NCBI GenBank assembly: GCA_049606035.1
Contig: JBMYVD010000002.1
Coordinates: 9,712 to 73,711, forward strand
Direction of reading: 5' to 3'
Source of the DNA: Candidatus Poseidoniaceae archaeon
GTDB lineage: Archaea > Thermoplasmatota > Poseidoniia > Poseidoniales > Poseidoniaceae
Length of the DNA stretch: 64,000 nt
The notes beneath the pieces are model-generated. The model saw nothing but the letters and a program-made list of their open reading frames with translations, was not told the DNA's origin and searched no databases. This document shows positions 36,600 through 44,861 of this stretch, piece after piece. A program made the position numbers and the translations under genes. Position 1 is the stretch's first letter. Every line of letters starts with the position of its first letter.

Positions 36600-38654
36600 A
36601 TGCGACCTGCAATTGGTTGGCCTATCGCAGTCCTTTTTGGACTACTTAGCGTCATTGCATTCGCTAACGGTGAAGCACTCAATGAATGGGTTAGAGAACA
36701 TGCCATCGTTATCGATTCAGATGATGAAGCAACACTTGTTGGAATTGCTGAAAATGAAAAATGGTTTGTTGTCTTAATTGATTTCCCTGACCAAAATGAA
36801 AACTCGAACTGTAATCAACAGAGGGCTTCCAATTTACTCGATGACTCAGCAAAAAACCACATCAGGCAAGCATTCGGACAATCAATTTCATTGGAAATTG
36901 ATTACCATGATGAAATCATAACAACAAGCTCTCCACTTGGAGATTACGGACACGATATCGACTGGGAAAAAGACGTGGGCAAGAATGGTGTAAACCCGCA
37001 TATACTTGCGCAGGAAATAGTGACTAAGATCAAAGGTGATGTTTCTGATTGGTCAAAATACGACCTAAATGATGACGGATGGGTTGACAGATTCCTCATC
37101 CTACACTGCACAAAACCACAGGAAGATGGAGGCGGTGCGAATTCTAGAATATGGTCGCACTTCTCTTCAATAGAGGAGGTTGTCGACTTACCAGGAGATA
37201 TGAAAATTTCACACTATACAATTGCCAGTCAACATTCGTCAAACAACTTCGGGACAATAATGCATGAAATGTACCATCAACTAGGTGCTGCAGATCTTTA
37301 CGCAGTTCACGATGACACAGTAAATCAAGACTGGAAAGGAATTGGTAAATGGGACATTATGGCAAGTGGAAACTGGAACGGTGACGGTGCATGGCCCGCT
37401 CTTCCAACAAGCCCGAGCATAGAACTGGTCGGTGGGCAACGCCATCAGGAAATCGAACTTGAATGGTTGCCTGGAACAGGCTGTACAGGCCCTGCTTACA
37501 CCTTCACAGGATTTGCTGAGGGAGGAGACTCCCTCAAAATTCCAATCGGTGATGAGGAATATATTTGGATTGAGTACAGAAGTGATTTTGGGTACGATTC
37601 GAATCTTCCAGGTAATGGTATACTCGTGCTCCAACAAGATTTGAGAGCTGGTGAAATCGAGGATAATTTAGTGAACTCACATCCAGATAGAGCATGGTTG
37701 AAAGTAATCGAAGCAGATGGTGAGCAGAACATGGTCGCTGGAAATAACGAAGGTGAAGAAAGTGATGTTTTCACTGATGGTGGCCTATTTGGTAGTGAAG
37801 GAATACAAATAAGGAATCGTGATGGTATCCTTGTTGATTGGTCTGCTGAGATTAACATCACAAACGGCACACCAACTGTCGAATTTTCATCGCCAGAATG
37901 TGGCCACATAACGGATGTTGACCTTCCTGACTTTGGTTCTGTACTAACAGTGAACGATAACATTCCTATCGAAATCGATTGTGAGGGAATCGAGTATAAT
38001 CTCGAAAGCAGTGATGGCCGAAGTATATCGGTTTCAAATAATGAAATCCAGTTTGCAGAGAGAGGTACAAAAGGAGTTCTTGGTCTAATCTCAGGGACAA
38101 TTGAATGCTCTCAAGGAACTCCTTTTGATATACGCCACGAATTTGAAATTCTGGGCAACATACCAGTAGAAACAACATACAAATCCGAAATACCAGTGAT
38201 TGATTCCTCAATAATCAAAATTCCAATAGAATTGATAGGAGAAGATTCTCAGATTTGGCTTGTAGGGATAGATGGTCCATTATCCAGAGTGGCAGAGACC
38301 TCAGTAACACAAGAACTGGAAAAAGGTAGTGAGATTATAGTAGATATTTCTCCTTCAGGCCTACTTCAAGAAGGAATGATTGTCCGAGGAGAAATAGTCT
38401 TAGCATCTGAATCTGGACACAACTACCACATCGATGTAGAGTTAATCGCTCAAAGCAAAGAAGAGTCAACTCTCGAAGAGTGGACAAGCCCTGCAAAATT
38501 GATTCCAATAGCATTAGTGTTGGCTGCTGTTTGGGTGATATTGGGTATTCAATCACCTACCAGGGAGGTGACGTCTGATCAACAGGAACTTCCAGCCACC
38601 TCTGTTTACAGCGATGACCCATCCTTTGTTGACTCCTTCGGCGAGCCTTACTGA
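36600..38654 (+). CDS. M6-family (immune inhibitor A-like) zinc metalloprotease, secreted with a C-terminal TM anchor
   Basis: 684 aa. Signal MRPAIGWPIAVLFGLLSVIAFANG. FVVLIDFPDQ, DDGWVDRFLILHC, RIWSHFSS, HExxH in GTIMHEMYHQLGAADLY, KWDIMASGNW. TM helix LIPIALVLAAVWVILGI. Confidence 0.75.
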   Translation: MRPAIGWPIAVLFGLLSVIAFANGEALNEWVREHAIVIDSDDEATLVGIAENEKWFVVLIDFPDQNENSNCNQQRASNLLDDSAKNHIRQAFGQSISLEIDYHDEIITTSSPLGDYGHDIDWEKDVGKNGVNPHILAQEIVTKIKGDVSDWSKYDLNDDGWVDRFLILHCTKPQEDGGGANSRIWSHFSSIEEVVDLPGDMKISHYTIASQHSSNNFGTIMHEMYHQLGAADLYAVHDDTVNQDWKGIGKWDIMASGNWNGDGAWPALPTSPSIELVGGQRHQEIELEWLPGTGCTGPAYTFTGFAEGGDSLKIPIGDEEYIWIEYRSDFGYDSNLPGNGILVLQQDLRAGEIEDNLVNSHPDRAWLKVIEADGEQNMVAGNNEGEESDVFTDGGLFGSEGIQIRNRDGILVDWSAEINITNGTPTVEFSSPECGHITDVDLPDFGSVLTVNDNIPIEIDCEGIEYNLESSDGRSISVSNNEIQFAERGTKGVLGLISGTIECSQGTPFDIRHEFEILGNIPVETTYKSEIPVIDSSIIKIPIELIGEDSQIWLVGIDGPLSRVAETSVTQELEKGSEIIVDISPSGLLQEGMIVRGEIVLASESGHNYHIDVELIAQSKEESTLEEWTSPAKLIPIALVLAAVWVILGIQSPTREVTSDQQELPATSVYSDDPSFVDSFGEPY

Positions 38655-39398
38655 AAGGCAAACACCTTCCCAATTCTTTGGAGAATCTGCCTCCATCTGC
38701 ATCAAAAACGGAGCGTGGTCTTCCTCGACTTTCGTGGAATATACCCGCCATCTGCAACCATACTTGAACCCAGGTCTCATTAGTAATCCTCTAGAGTTAA
38801 GCTCACCAAAGAGGTCCGTAACCGGGTTTTCTACACCGTTTATCCAATCCAATTCATCATCTCTTAGGAATTTCCTTGATAGGTGCTCAACTCCTAATAA
38901 TGGATAGTTATCTCGAGTAGCAGGTGTCAAATTGCCTCGTGGTTCAATCAATTCCATTCTATACATCGTAACATCCATCTCATCGTCAACAATAGCAAAT
39001 TCTGCATTCATGTCTTTACTTGAAACGGATTCAATCCAATCCAGCAAATTATCGATGTCCAAATCCTCTCTCGCCCTAGCCCATCTGACTTCAGCATCAG
39101 CATTGCCTTTGTTGGGATGTGATTCCCTCGACCACCTCAACCATTTACCAGAAATTGGAACCACCTTTTCTCCCGCGCTTCTGACAACATCATAAGCTAC
39201 TGCTTTGTGAGCGAAATCTGGGTCGAGTTGCAATTGAGAATCAACCCAGCCATCCTCCAATGGTACGTGACGGTGCCAATGACAGAACATAATTTCCTCA
39301 CTAGTTAGGATAATTCCACCATCAACTGGCTTGCCCAATGCCGATTTTTGATAAAGGCGATTTGATAGTGGTGCTGAAAGAAACCATCCCTCTCCCAT
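38553..39398 (-). CDS. endA: tRNA-splicing endonuclease (two-repeat alpha-prime type)
   Basis: The C-terminal catalytic unit is GLLMRPGFKYGCRWRVY...EDHAPFLM...NKGWVIAV. I prefer ATG 39398 (MGEGWFLSAPLSNRLYQKSALGKP). The track ORF extends to 39545 through a low-complexity basic/Pro stretch. Confidence 0.7.
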   Translation of the reverse strand: MGEGWFLSAPLSNRLYQKSALGKPVDGGIILTSEEIMFCHWHRHVPLEDGWVDSQLQLDPDFAHKAVAYDVVRSAGEKVVPISGKWLRWSRESHPNKGNADAEVRWARAREDLDIDNLLDWIESVSSKDMNAEFAIVDDEMDVTMYRMELIEPRGNLTPATRDNYPLLGVEHLSRKFLRDDELDWINGVENPVTDLFGELNSRGLLMRPGFKYGCRWRVYSTKVEEDHAPFLMQMEADSPKNWEGVCLSVRLAEGVNKGWVIAVNRGGWKFLLIRRHLPGR

Positions 39399-39549
39399 TT
39401 TCACGGGGAGAGGGTTAGGTTTGGTCGGTGAACCTTCACTTGAAAGTCCGATTGGCCTTGTAGGTCTGGGTCTTGGTTTAGACTTACGACCCTCCGCCAT
39501 GTCCTGCCCATAGTGACCAGTCTTATGTGCCTCCCCCTCCTCCAAAGAG

Positions 39550-40521
39550 ATGGGGAGGTTAATGGTCGACGGTTATCTTGGTACAATGACTACTGAAGAA
39601 AGGATGCTATTACACCTTTTTGACAATCCATTACCCGAAGGGCAATGGGAAGCACCGTTTACTGTAACCCAAGCGGGAATCTCTGCAGCTGTGCATGTCC
39701 AAAGGAAGCATGTTCCTAGGACTCTAAAACGCTTAGAAAATCGTGATGAACTTCACTCAGGACAAAGACATGTCCCCGGCGCAAAGCAAAGGCGCCGTGT
39801 TTACGGATTGACCGCAAAGGGCAAAGAAAGGGCAGGAAATTTGCGTGATAATATTCTAGCAAAAAATGTTCTAGTAAATGGTGAACCAATCATTCTTGGT
39901 ACCCTAAGAAAAGGAGGTCAAATGACGTTGGACCTTCTTTCGCATGTCGATGAGGGAATGGTGTTCCACGACAGCCCTGTTGTATCTCCTGTATCAAATC
40001 CAGAAGGAATTGCTTCGCTGGATGCCCAGGCAGGAGAAAATCTAGTGAAGAGAATGTTTGCTAGAGCATGGGAAGACGGAAAAATCACAAAAGATGAGCA
40101 GCAACTAATTTCTGAAGTCGTCACATTCTTGGGAATGCACCCTGAAAGGGTAGAAAGATTATCTGAAGAGGCTAGGAAAGCGCAAAATGCACCACCGCCG
40201 GAAGATGTTTACCGAGACATGTTGAGACAAGCACTAGTCGATGGTGAAATCGTGGAGGATGAAATTGCCTTGCTCAAAACTATGCGTCAAGCATTCGGAA
40301 TCGATGATGAAAACCATTTACGAATATTGTCAGAAGCGAGGTCGGATCCTGTTCTCGATGAAAACACCATGACTTACAGGGCTACATTGAAAACCGCACT
40401 CACAGATGGAATGATTACATCGGATGAGGATGCTATGTTGAAAACACTTAGAGATAATCTCGGAATTCCAGATTCAAGACATGCAAGTTTACTAGCGGAA
40501 TTGCTAGACAAAGATGAGTAA
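39550..40521 (+). CDS. winged-helix DNA-binding protein with three TerB/DjlA-N-like repeats
   Basis: 323 aa. N-terminal TQAGISAAVHVQRKHVPRTLKRLENRDEL...RRRVYGLTAKGKE. It is followed by three ~52-aa units of the form A..DG.I..DE..L......G. Confidence 0.5.
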   Translation: MGRLMVDGYLGTMTTEERMLLHLFDNPLPEGQWEAPFTVTQAGISAAVHVQRKHVPRTLKRLENRDELHSGQRHVPGAKQRRRVYGLTAKGKERAGNLRDNILAKNVLVNGEPIILGTLRKGGQMTLDLLSHVDEGMVFHDSPVVSPVSNPEGIASLDAQAGENLVKRMFARAWEDGKITKDEQQLISEVVTFLGMHPERVERLSEEARKAQNAPPPEDVYRDMLRQALVDGEIVEDEIALLKTMRQAFGIDDENHLRILSEARSDPVLDENTMTYRATLKTALTDGMITSDEDAMLKTLRDNLGIPDSRHASLLAELLDKDE

Positions 40522-40535
40522 AAAAGGTGAAGAAA

Positions 40536-41588
40536 ATGGGAATGAGCGATATCGAATACGAAACCCACGATCGCTTGGTAAATCTTCAAAGTCAAATCAA
40601 GAATATGTCAGGAGATGTTGTTTTAGTTGGAGATATTATGCTCGATAGATATATTCATGGTTATGCAAATAATCTGAATTCTAGAGCACCAGTCCCTGTT
40701 TTGAAGGAGACAGAAAGATACGAAGATGTTGGAGCAGCGGCGCACGTCGCTAGAGGGCTTGAGAACATAGGATTAGATGCAATTCTCTTCGGTGTGATTG
40801 GCGACGATCAAGCCGGTGGTAATATCCTAGAAGCTTTGGAAGAAGAAGAAGTCGATTGTGACGGAATCGCAATAATCGAAGACAGAATTACTACTGTCAA
40901 AACCAGAATGATTGCAGGTAGAGAATACTTAATTTCAAGCCAGCAGTTACTCCTTCGTTGGGACATCGAAGATGATACGCCAATTGATACAGAAGCGCAT
41001 TCATCAATTATTGACCAAGCTGTGACAAAAATTGGTTCAGCAGACGTGCTTGTAATCTCCGATTATGGTCAAGGAGTCGTTACAGATGAAGGTGCATCGC
41101 GTCTAATCAATGCAGCAAAGATCGCTGGAGTTCCAGTTATTTGTGACCCAAAACTAACCGGTCTTCACAGAACAGCAGGAGCAGATTGGGTTATTTTCCA
41201 GACCAGAGGATTGGATTTGATGGCAAAGAGAATGGCAAGTAGTGACTCCTCTGAAGCAGCAAAGATTCTGATTAAAGAGAATGATTGGGGTAACCTCGTA
41301 GTACTTCAGGGAGAAAATGGAGTTACTGTATACACTAAAGATGAACAAGTAATCTCTGCGCCATGCACGTTAGCAGAACCAAGAGGAGCGATTGGAATTA
41401 TTGACGCAGCTGCAGTAGCAGTTGCTGCAGGTGTTAACCTTGGCTTAGAAGTTACAGATATTGCCCACCTAGCAAATGCTGCTTGTGAGTGTATAATGAG
41501 TGGAACACAAAATTTCACTGTTACAAGTGATGACTTGGCAAATCGTCTCGGAGAAGTTGCATGGAGTCTTCAGATTTCCCAGAGGTGA
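40536..41588 (+). CDS. PfkB-family sugar kinase (RfaE domain I-like)
   Basis: VVLVGDIMLDRYIHGY...RAPVPVL, ISDYGQGVVT, and a C-terminal GAIGIIDAAAVAVAAG anion-hole/ATP motif. Confidence 0.7.
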   Translation: MGMSDIEYETHDRLVNLQSQIKNMSGDVVLVGDIMLDRYIHGYANNLNSRAPVPVLKETERYEDVGAAAHVARGLENIGLDAILFGVIGDDQAGGNILEALEEEEVDCDGIAIIEDRITTVKTRMIAGREYLISSQQLLLRWDIEDDTPIDTEAHSSIIDQAVTKIGSADVLVISDYGQGVVTDEGASRLINAAKIAGVPVICDPKLTGLHRTAGADWVIFQTRGLDLMAKRMASSDSSEAAKILIKENDWGNLVVLQGENGVTVYTKDEQVISAPCTLAEPRGAIGIIDAAAVAVAAGVNLGLEVTDIAHLANAACECIMSGTQNFTVTSDDLANRLGEVAWSLQISQR

Positions 41589-41592
41589 ACAT

Positions 41593-42060
41593 ATGAGTTT
41601 CTGGGTTCGTCCCACCACAGCAGATATTGGTATTCGTGCGTTTGGGCGCAACCAAAATGATCTCCTCAAGGAAATGACAAACGGCATGCAGTCGATAGTT
41701 CTAGCCCCGGGTCAAGACCTAAATTCTATACCCCGAAAAGTTGCAAGATGGGAAGTTTCACACGATGGTAATACTGACATTCTAGTCGTGAAATGGTTGG
41801 ATGAAGTAGTGTACAGGAATGAAGTACACGACGAGTTTCTAATCGATTGTCAACCGATGATAAAGAATGGAATGATTGAGGCTCAGGTATCATTTGTACC
41901 TAAGGAAAGCGTAAATCTAGAATTAGAGATCAAAGCAGTAACAACTCACGAATTTCAATTCAGAGAAGTGAGTTCGGGTGAAACAATATCCTCAGAGTGG
42001 CCAGAGATTCCATCATTCGATGGCCCTGGATGGTACGGAGATGTCGTCTTTGACATCTAG
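41593..42060 (+). CDS. archease (activator of RtcB tRNA ligase)
   Basis: ATG at 41593. FWVRPTTADIGIRAFG...LLKEMTNGMQSI and KAVTTHEFQF match the archease family pattern. Confidence 0.8.
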   Translation: MSFWVRPTTADIGIRAFGRNQNDLLKEMTNGMQSIVLAPGQDLNSIPRKVARWEVSHDGNTDILVVKWLDEVVYRNEVHDEFLIDCQPMIKNGMIEAQVSFVPKESVNLELEIKAVTTHEFQFREVSSGETISSEWPEIPSFDGPGWYGDVVFDI

Positions 42061-42477
42061 AGTGGCAAGAATACCGGCCAACAACCCAATTGGCCCCATC
42101 ATCATGCACAATAGAAGAATAGGCATTGAAACTTGAATCGGTCGTTCTGCTGCAAGCATTCGCATCCAAATATATCTTCCAATGAAAGTGTCCATCACGA
42201 GGAAATGCAACCAAGCAAGAATTACCATGTCATCGCTAGAGAATAGATCAACTACAAGCTCTGGCGTTGGCATTTGTGACCCTAACGTAATCAAAACATC
42301 TGGTGCATTTGGAAACAATAGGAGAGCGTATGAGGTGACTAATGGAAAGACACAGATTCTTACGTCCCCAACAAATTTGCGGGTGATGTCGTGCTTTGGA
42401 AGAAACCACATCATGAACCACAATGGAAATATGAATAGCGATGAGAACCAGAAGGTAATCGTTGCCAATTCCATCAA
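42013..42477 (-). CDS. DUF4281 (ABA4-like) membrane protein
   Basis: 154 aa, four TM helices. FWFSSLFIFPLWFMMWFLP, AWLHFLVMDTFIGRYIW. Confidence 0.55.
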   Translation of the reverse strand: MMELATITFWFSSLFIFPLWFMMWFLPKHDITRKFVGDVRICVFPLVTSYALLLFPNAPDVLITLGSQMPTPELVVDLFSSDDMVILAWLHFLVMDTFIGRYIWMRMLAAERPIQVSMPILLLCMMMGPIGLLAGILATLDVKDDISVPSRAIE

Positions 42478-42540
42478 TCCACCTCGTAATAAAATCAGAC
42501 TATTCTTTTACAATAGTTTGTATAAGAGCAGGTGGGAATT

Positions 42541-42864
42541 CCATGGGTGGACTCTCGTACCCATGGGCCAAATCCACAGACTTCCTCCGTCCCGTTACCC
42601 CACGGCACCCATGGCCCCAGGTAGGGCTGCTCCGTTCCCGGCCTGACCTGTTCCCCCGGTTATTCAGTTCCCGACTCCTTCCGGTTTCGGTTCATGACAC
42701 CCGGGTCACGTGGGGGCGAGACATCGACGTCCGCCTGTGGGAACCCATAGGCCGGCTGAGCCGCCCCTTGGCTTTCGGACCGCCATTTGCGATTTGCGGA
42801 AGAGGGCACGCAAACTCCCCTCCTATCCCGGCTATCCGTGAGGCTTGGGTATTTTGAACCCACC
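42541..42864 (-). ncRNA. signal recognition particle RNA (archaeal 7S/SRP RNA)
   Basis: A visibly G+C-rich island in AT-leaning DNA. The minus strand contains the helix-8 signature CAGGUCAGGCCGGGAACGGAGCAGCCCUACCUGG (plus coordinates 42617-42650). The termini pair (5' GGUGGG / 3' CCCACC). Helix-5 strands CCUAUGGG..CCACAG and CUGUGG..CCCAUGGG are complementary. Confidence 0.85.
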
Positions 42865-42870
42865 GTAGAC

Positions 42871-43260
42871 TCATTCTTCAGTTGCTTCCTCATACTTTGA
42901 AGGACAACTCGTCTTAATTACCTCAGCTTCAAAGACCCATTCACCGTTCTTTTCTACTAAAATTCCCTCAGCGTAAACAGTCCGATTGTCTTCTAAACCA
43001 CCGGAAGTTTGTGCATTGCTGAAATCAATAACAAGTTCAGAATTTTCTCCGTGGATTATGAAGAGATTGTTTACTGAGTCTATGCTACCGTCAAGAACCT
43101 CTCCACGAATTGCAATTTCTCTACCCTCGACACTGTTAGGATCATCCATTACTTCGTCAACTGTCCTCGTCGCTTCTGGAGTATTGACAAGTACCGTGGC
43201 TGCTAGAGCAGCCGTCAAAATCGCCCCAATAATCAGTAATTTTGAACGATGTGTTAGCAT
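42871..43260 (-). CDS. ccmE: cytochrome c maturation heme chaperone CcmE, CxxxY variant
   Basis: N-terminal TM anchor, OB-fold pattern EIAIRGEVLDGSI...NLFIIHGENSELVIDF...VYAEGILVEKNGEWVFEAEVIKTSCPSKYE. Cys replaces the canonical heme-binding His. ATG at 43260. Confidence 0.7.
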   Translation of the reverse strand: MLTHRSKLLIIGAILTAALAATVLVNTPEATRTVDEVMDDPNSVEGREIAIRGEVLDGSIDSVNNLFIIHGENSELVIDFSNAQTSGGLEDNRTVYAEGILVEKNGEWVFEAEVIKTSCPSKYEEATEE

Positions 43261-43261
43261 A

Positions 43262-44329
43262 TCATTCACCCCTAGCAATACCTACGGCTTGGCGCAAAGC
43301 TGTCATTCCTTTAGACTTGAGTTTTCTGTCTAAACCGTTAACTATCTCTTTTACAACACTAGCACCATTGAAAACCATTGATGAATAAATTTGGATTAGA
43401 CTTGCTCCGTTGGTGATTTTTTCCCAAGCGTCATCTGAATCTGAGATCCCTCCAACTCCAATAATTGGCCAACTTCCATCAGTATGGTCAGCGATTAGCC
43501 TAATTACCTCTGTTGAACGGTTCTTGAGCGGTTTACCCGATAAGCCACCCTTTTCAGACATGATGTCGGATTCATCAGGCCTAGCAATGGTTGTATTTGT
43601 TGCTACTATGCCCGCACAACCCATTCCCCTTGCGGTATCTACAATGGATTTGATTTGAAGGTCTTCTAAATCTGGTGCGATTTTTACAAGGACTGGTTTG
43701 TCACCAGAATACTTCATGACTTCTGAGATAATCCTAGCCAGGTCATCATCCTTCTGCAACTCACGAAGGTTTGGAGTATTTGGTGATGAGACATTGATTA
43801 CGAAACCATCGACGTAAGGGCCGCATAATTCTACAGTTTTCGCGTAATCCAGATGAGCATCCTCAAGACTTGTAATCTTAGATTTGCCCACGTTCAAGAA
43901 TACAGGAACATTTGGTTTCCTAGCCGTTGCAAGGTGAGATGCCATCTTTTTACTTCCGGGGTTATTGAATCCCATTCTATTAACAAGAGCACTGTGTTTT
44001 GGTGAGCGGAACATGCGTGGTTTGGGATTACCTGTTTGTTCGTGTTCGGTAATTCCACCAACTTCAATGAAACCAAATCCTAGAGTTTCCCATCCTTGCA
44101 TTGCTTCAGCCTTCTTATCCATGCCAGCGGCAAGACCCAATGGATTAGAGAATGCCATACCAAACTCTTCTATTTCGACATTTTTAGGACGATACAATAT
44201 CCTCAACAACATTCTCCCGAGAAATGTAAATGATGCAAATCTAAGTCCGATAAGAGCTCTTTTGTGTGCTTTTTCGCTATCCATTATAGAAAGCATGGGT
44301 CGCACAAGCAAAGAGTAACCTAGTCCCAT
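43262..44329 (-). CDS. pyrD: dihydroorotate dehydrogenase (quinone), class 2
   Basis: 355 aa. FSNPLGLAAGMDK, GFGFIEVGGIT...GNPKPRMFR, NRMGFNN.G, NVSSPNTPNLR, GVGGI. Confidence 0.9.
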   Translation of the reverse strand: MGLGYSLLVRPMLSIMDSEKAHKRALIGLRFASFTFLGRMLLRILYRPKNVEIEEFGMAFSNPLGLAAGMDKKAEAMQGWETLGFGFIEVGGITEHEQTGNPKPRMFRSPKHSALVNRMGFNNPGSKKMASHLATARKPNVPVFLNVGKSKITSLEDAHLDYAKTVELCGPYVDGFVINVSSPNTPNLRELQKDDDLARIISEVMKYSGDKPVLVKIAPDLEDLQIKSIVDTARGMGCAGIVATNTTIARPDESDIMSEKGGLSGKPLKNRSTEVIRLIADHTDGSWPIIGVGGISDSDDAWEKITNGASLIQIYSSMVFNGASVVKEIVNGLDRKLKSKGMTALRQAVGIARGE

Positions 44330-44372
44330 TGGATGAATGGTCTAGAGCGCATTCTTCAAATCTTGCCCCATA

Positions 44373-44774
44373 TTGGGAGATAATGTGGACATAACTGACG
44401 TTCGTTGGCCTTCCCTGCGTGAGGCTGCGCGTAGATTCTTGCGAGAAGATGGTTGTACTTTGTCCGTGCCACAAGAATACGAGAGCAGGGCTTGGAATCT
44501 CGTACAAAAAATCTCAGACAAAGTTCCCGCAAAACTCGACCTTCCTGATGTCACCATAGGCGAGTTACGTGTGATAGGTTTGGCGCAGATTGGGGGACCT
44601 AAGCCAGAAATTGACATATGTTGGGTTCCAGATTCCAATTTTTCAGAGTTTGAGGAACAGGTACTAGACTTGTTGGAAGCAGGCTATCCTGGTTGTATTG
44701 GATGTGGCGGTCCCGGTTCGGAAGGTGAGTGGAATGAAGTTATCCGACGAGCAGAAATTGAGAGTAAAAAATAG
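44373..44774 (+). CDS. hypothetical protein
   Basis: 133-aa ORF with a TTG start in the track. No motif apart from CIGCGG near the C-terminus. Confidence 0.3.
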   Translation: MGDNVDITDVRWPSLREAARRFLREDGCTLSVPQEYESRAWNLVQKISDKVPAKLDLPDVTIGELRVIGLAQIGGPKPEIDICWVPDSNFSEFEEQVLDLLEAGYPGCIGCGGPGSEGEWNEVIRRAEIESKK

Positions 44775-44787
44775 TGTGATATTTTCT

Positions 44788-44805
44788 CAGGTACTATAGT
44801 ACCTG
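44788..44805. promoter_or_regulatory. perfect 18-bp palindrome between the hypothetical gene and topA
   Basis: CAGGTACTATAGTACCTG equals its own reverse complement. It lies 14 nt after the upstream stop and 57 nt before the topA ATG. Confidence 0.3.
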
Positions 44806-44861
44806 TTCCAAACCCGACCAAACCGAGGCTTCAAGTATCGCCGGTTTTCCCCAGCAAATCC

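Noticed and set aside
39399-39545. A 49-aa basic/Pro-rich N-terminal extension on endA.
   Set aside because: Homology-like sequence starts at Met50. Using 39545 would leave only 4 nt between divergent genes. It is retained as an alternative start only.
42541-42864. The G+C-rich island might have been RNase P RNA or another structured RNA.
   Set aside because: The minus strand carries the SRP helix-8 signature (CAGGUCAGGCCGGGAACGGAGCAGCC) and SRP-like terminal and helix-5 pairings. I saw no RNase P conserved regions.
42462-42893. Three track ORFs (131, 77 and 60 aa) in a G+C-rich stretch.
   Set aside because: They lie entirely within or across the SRP RNA. Their Pro/Arg/Gly-rich translations are typical of random frames in GC-rich structured RNA.
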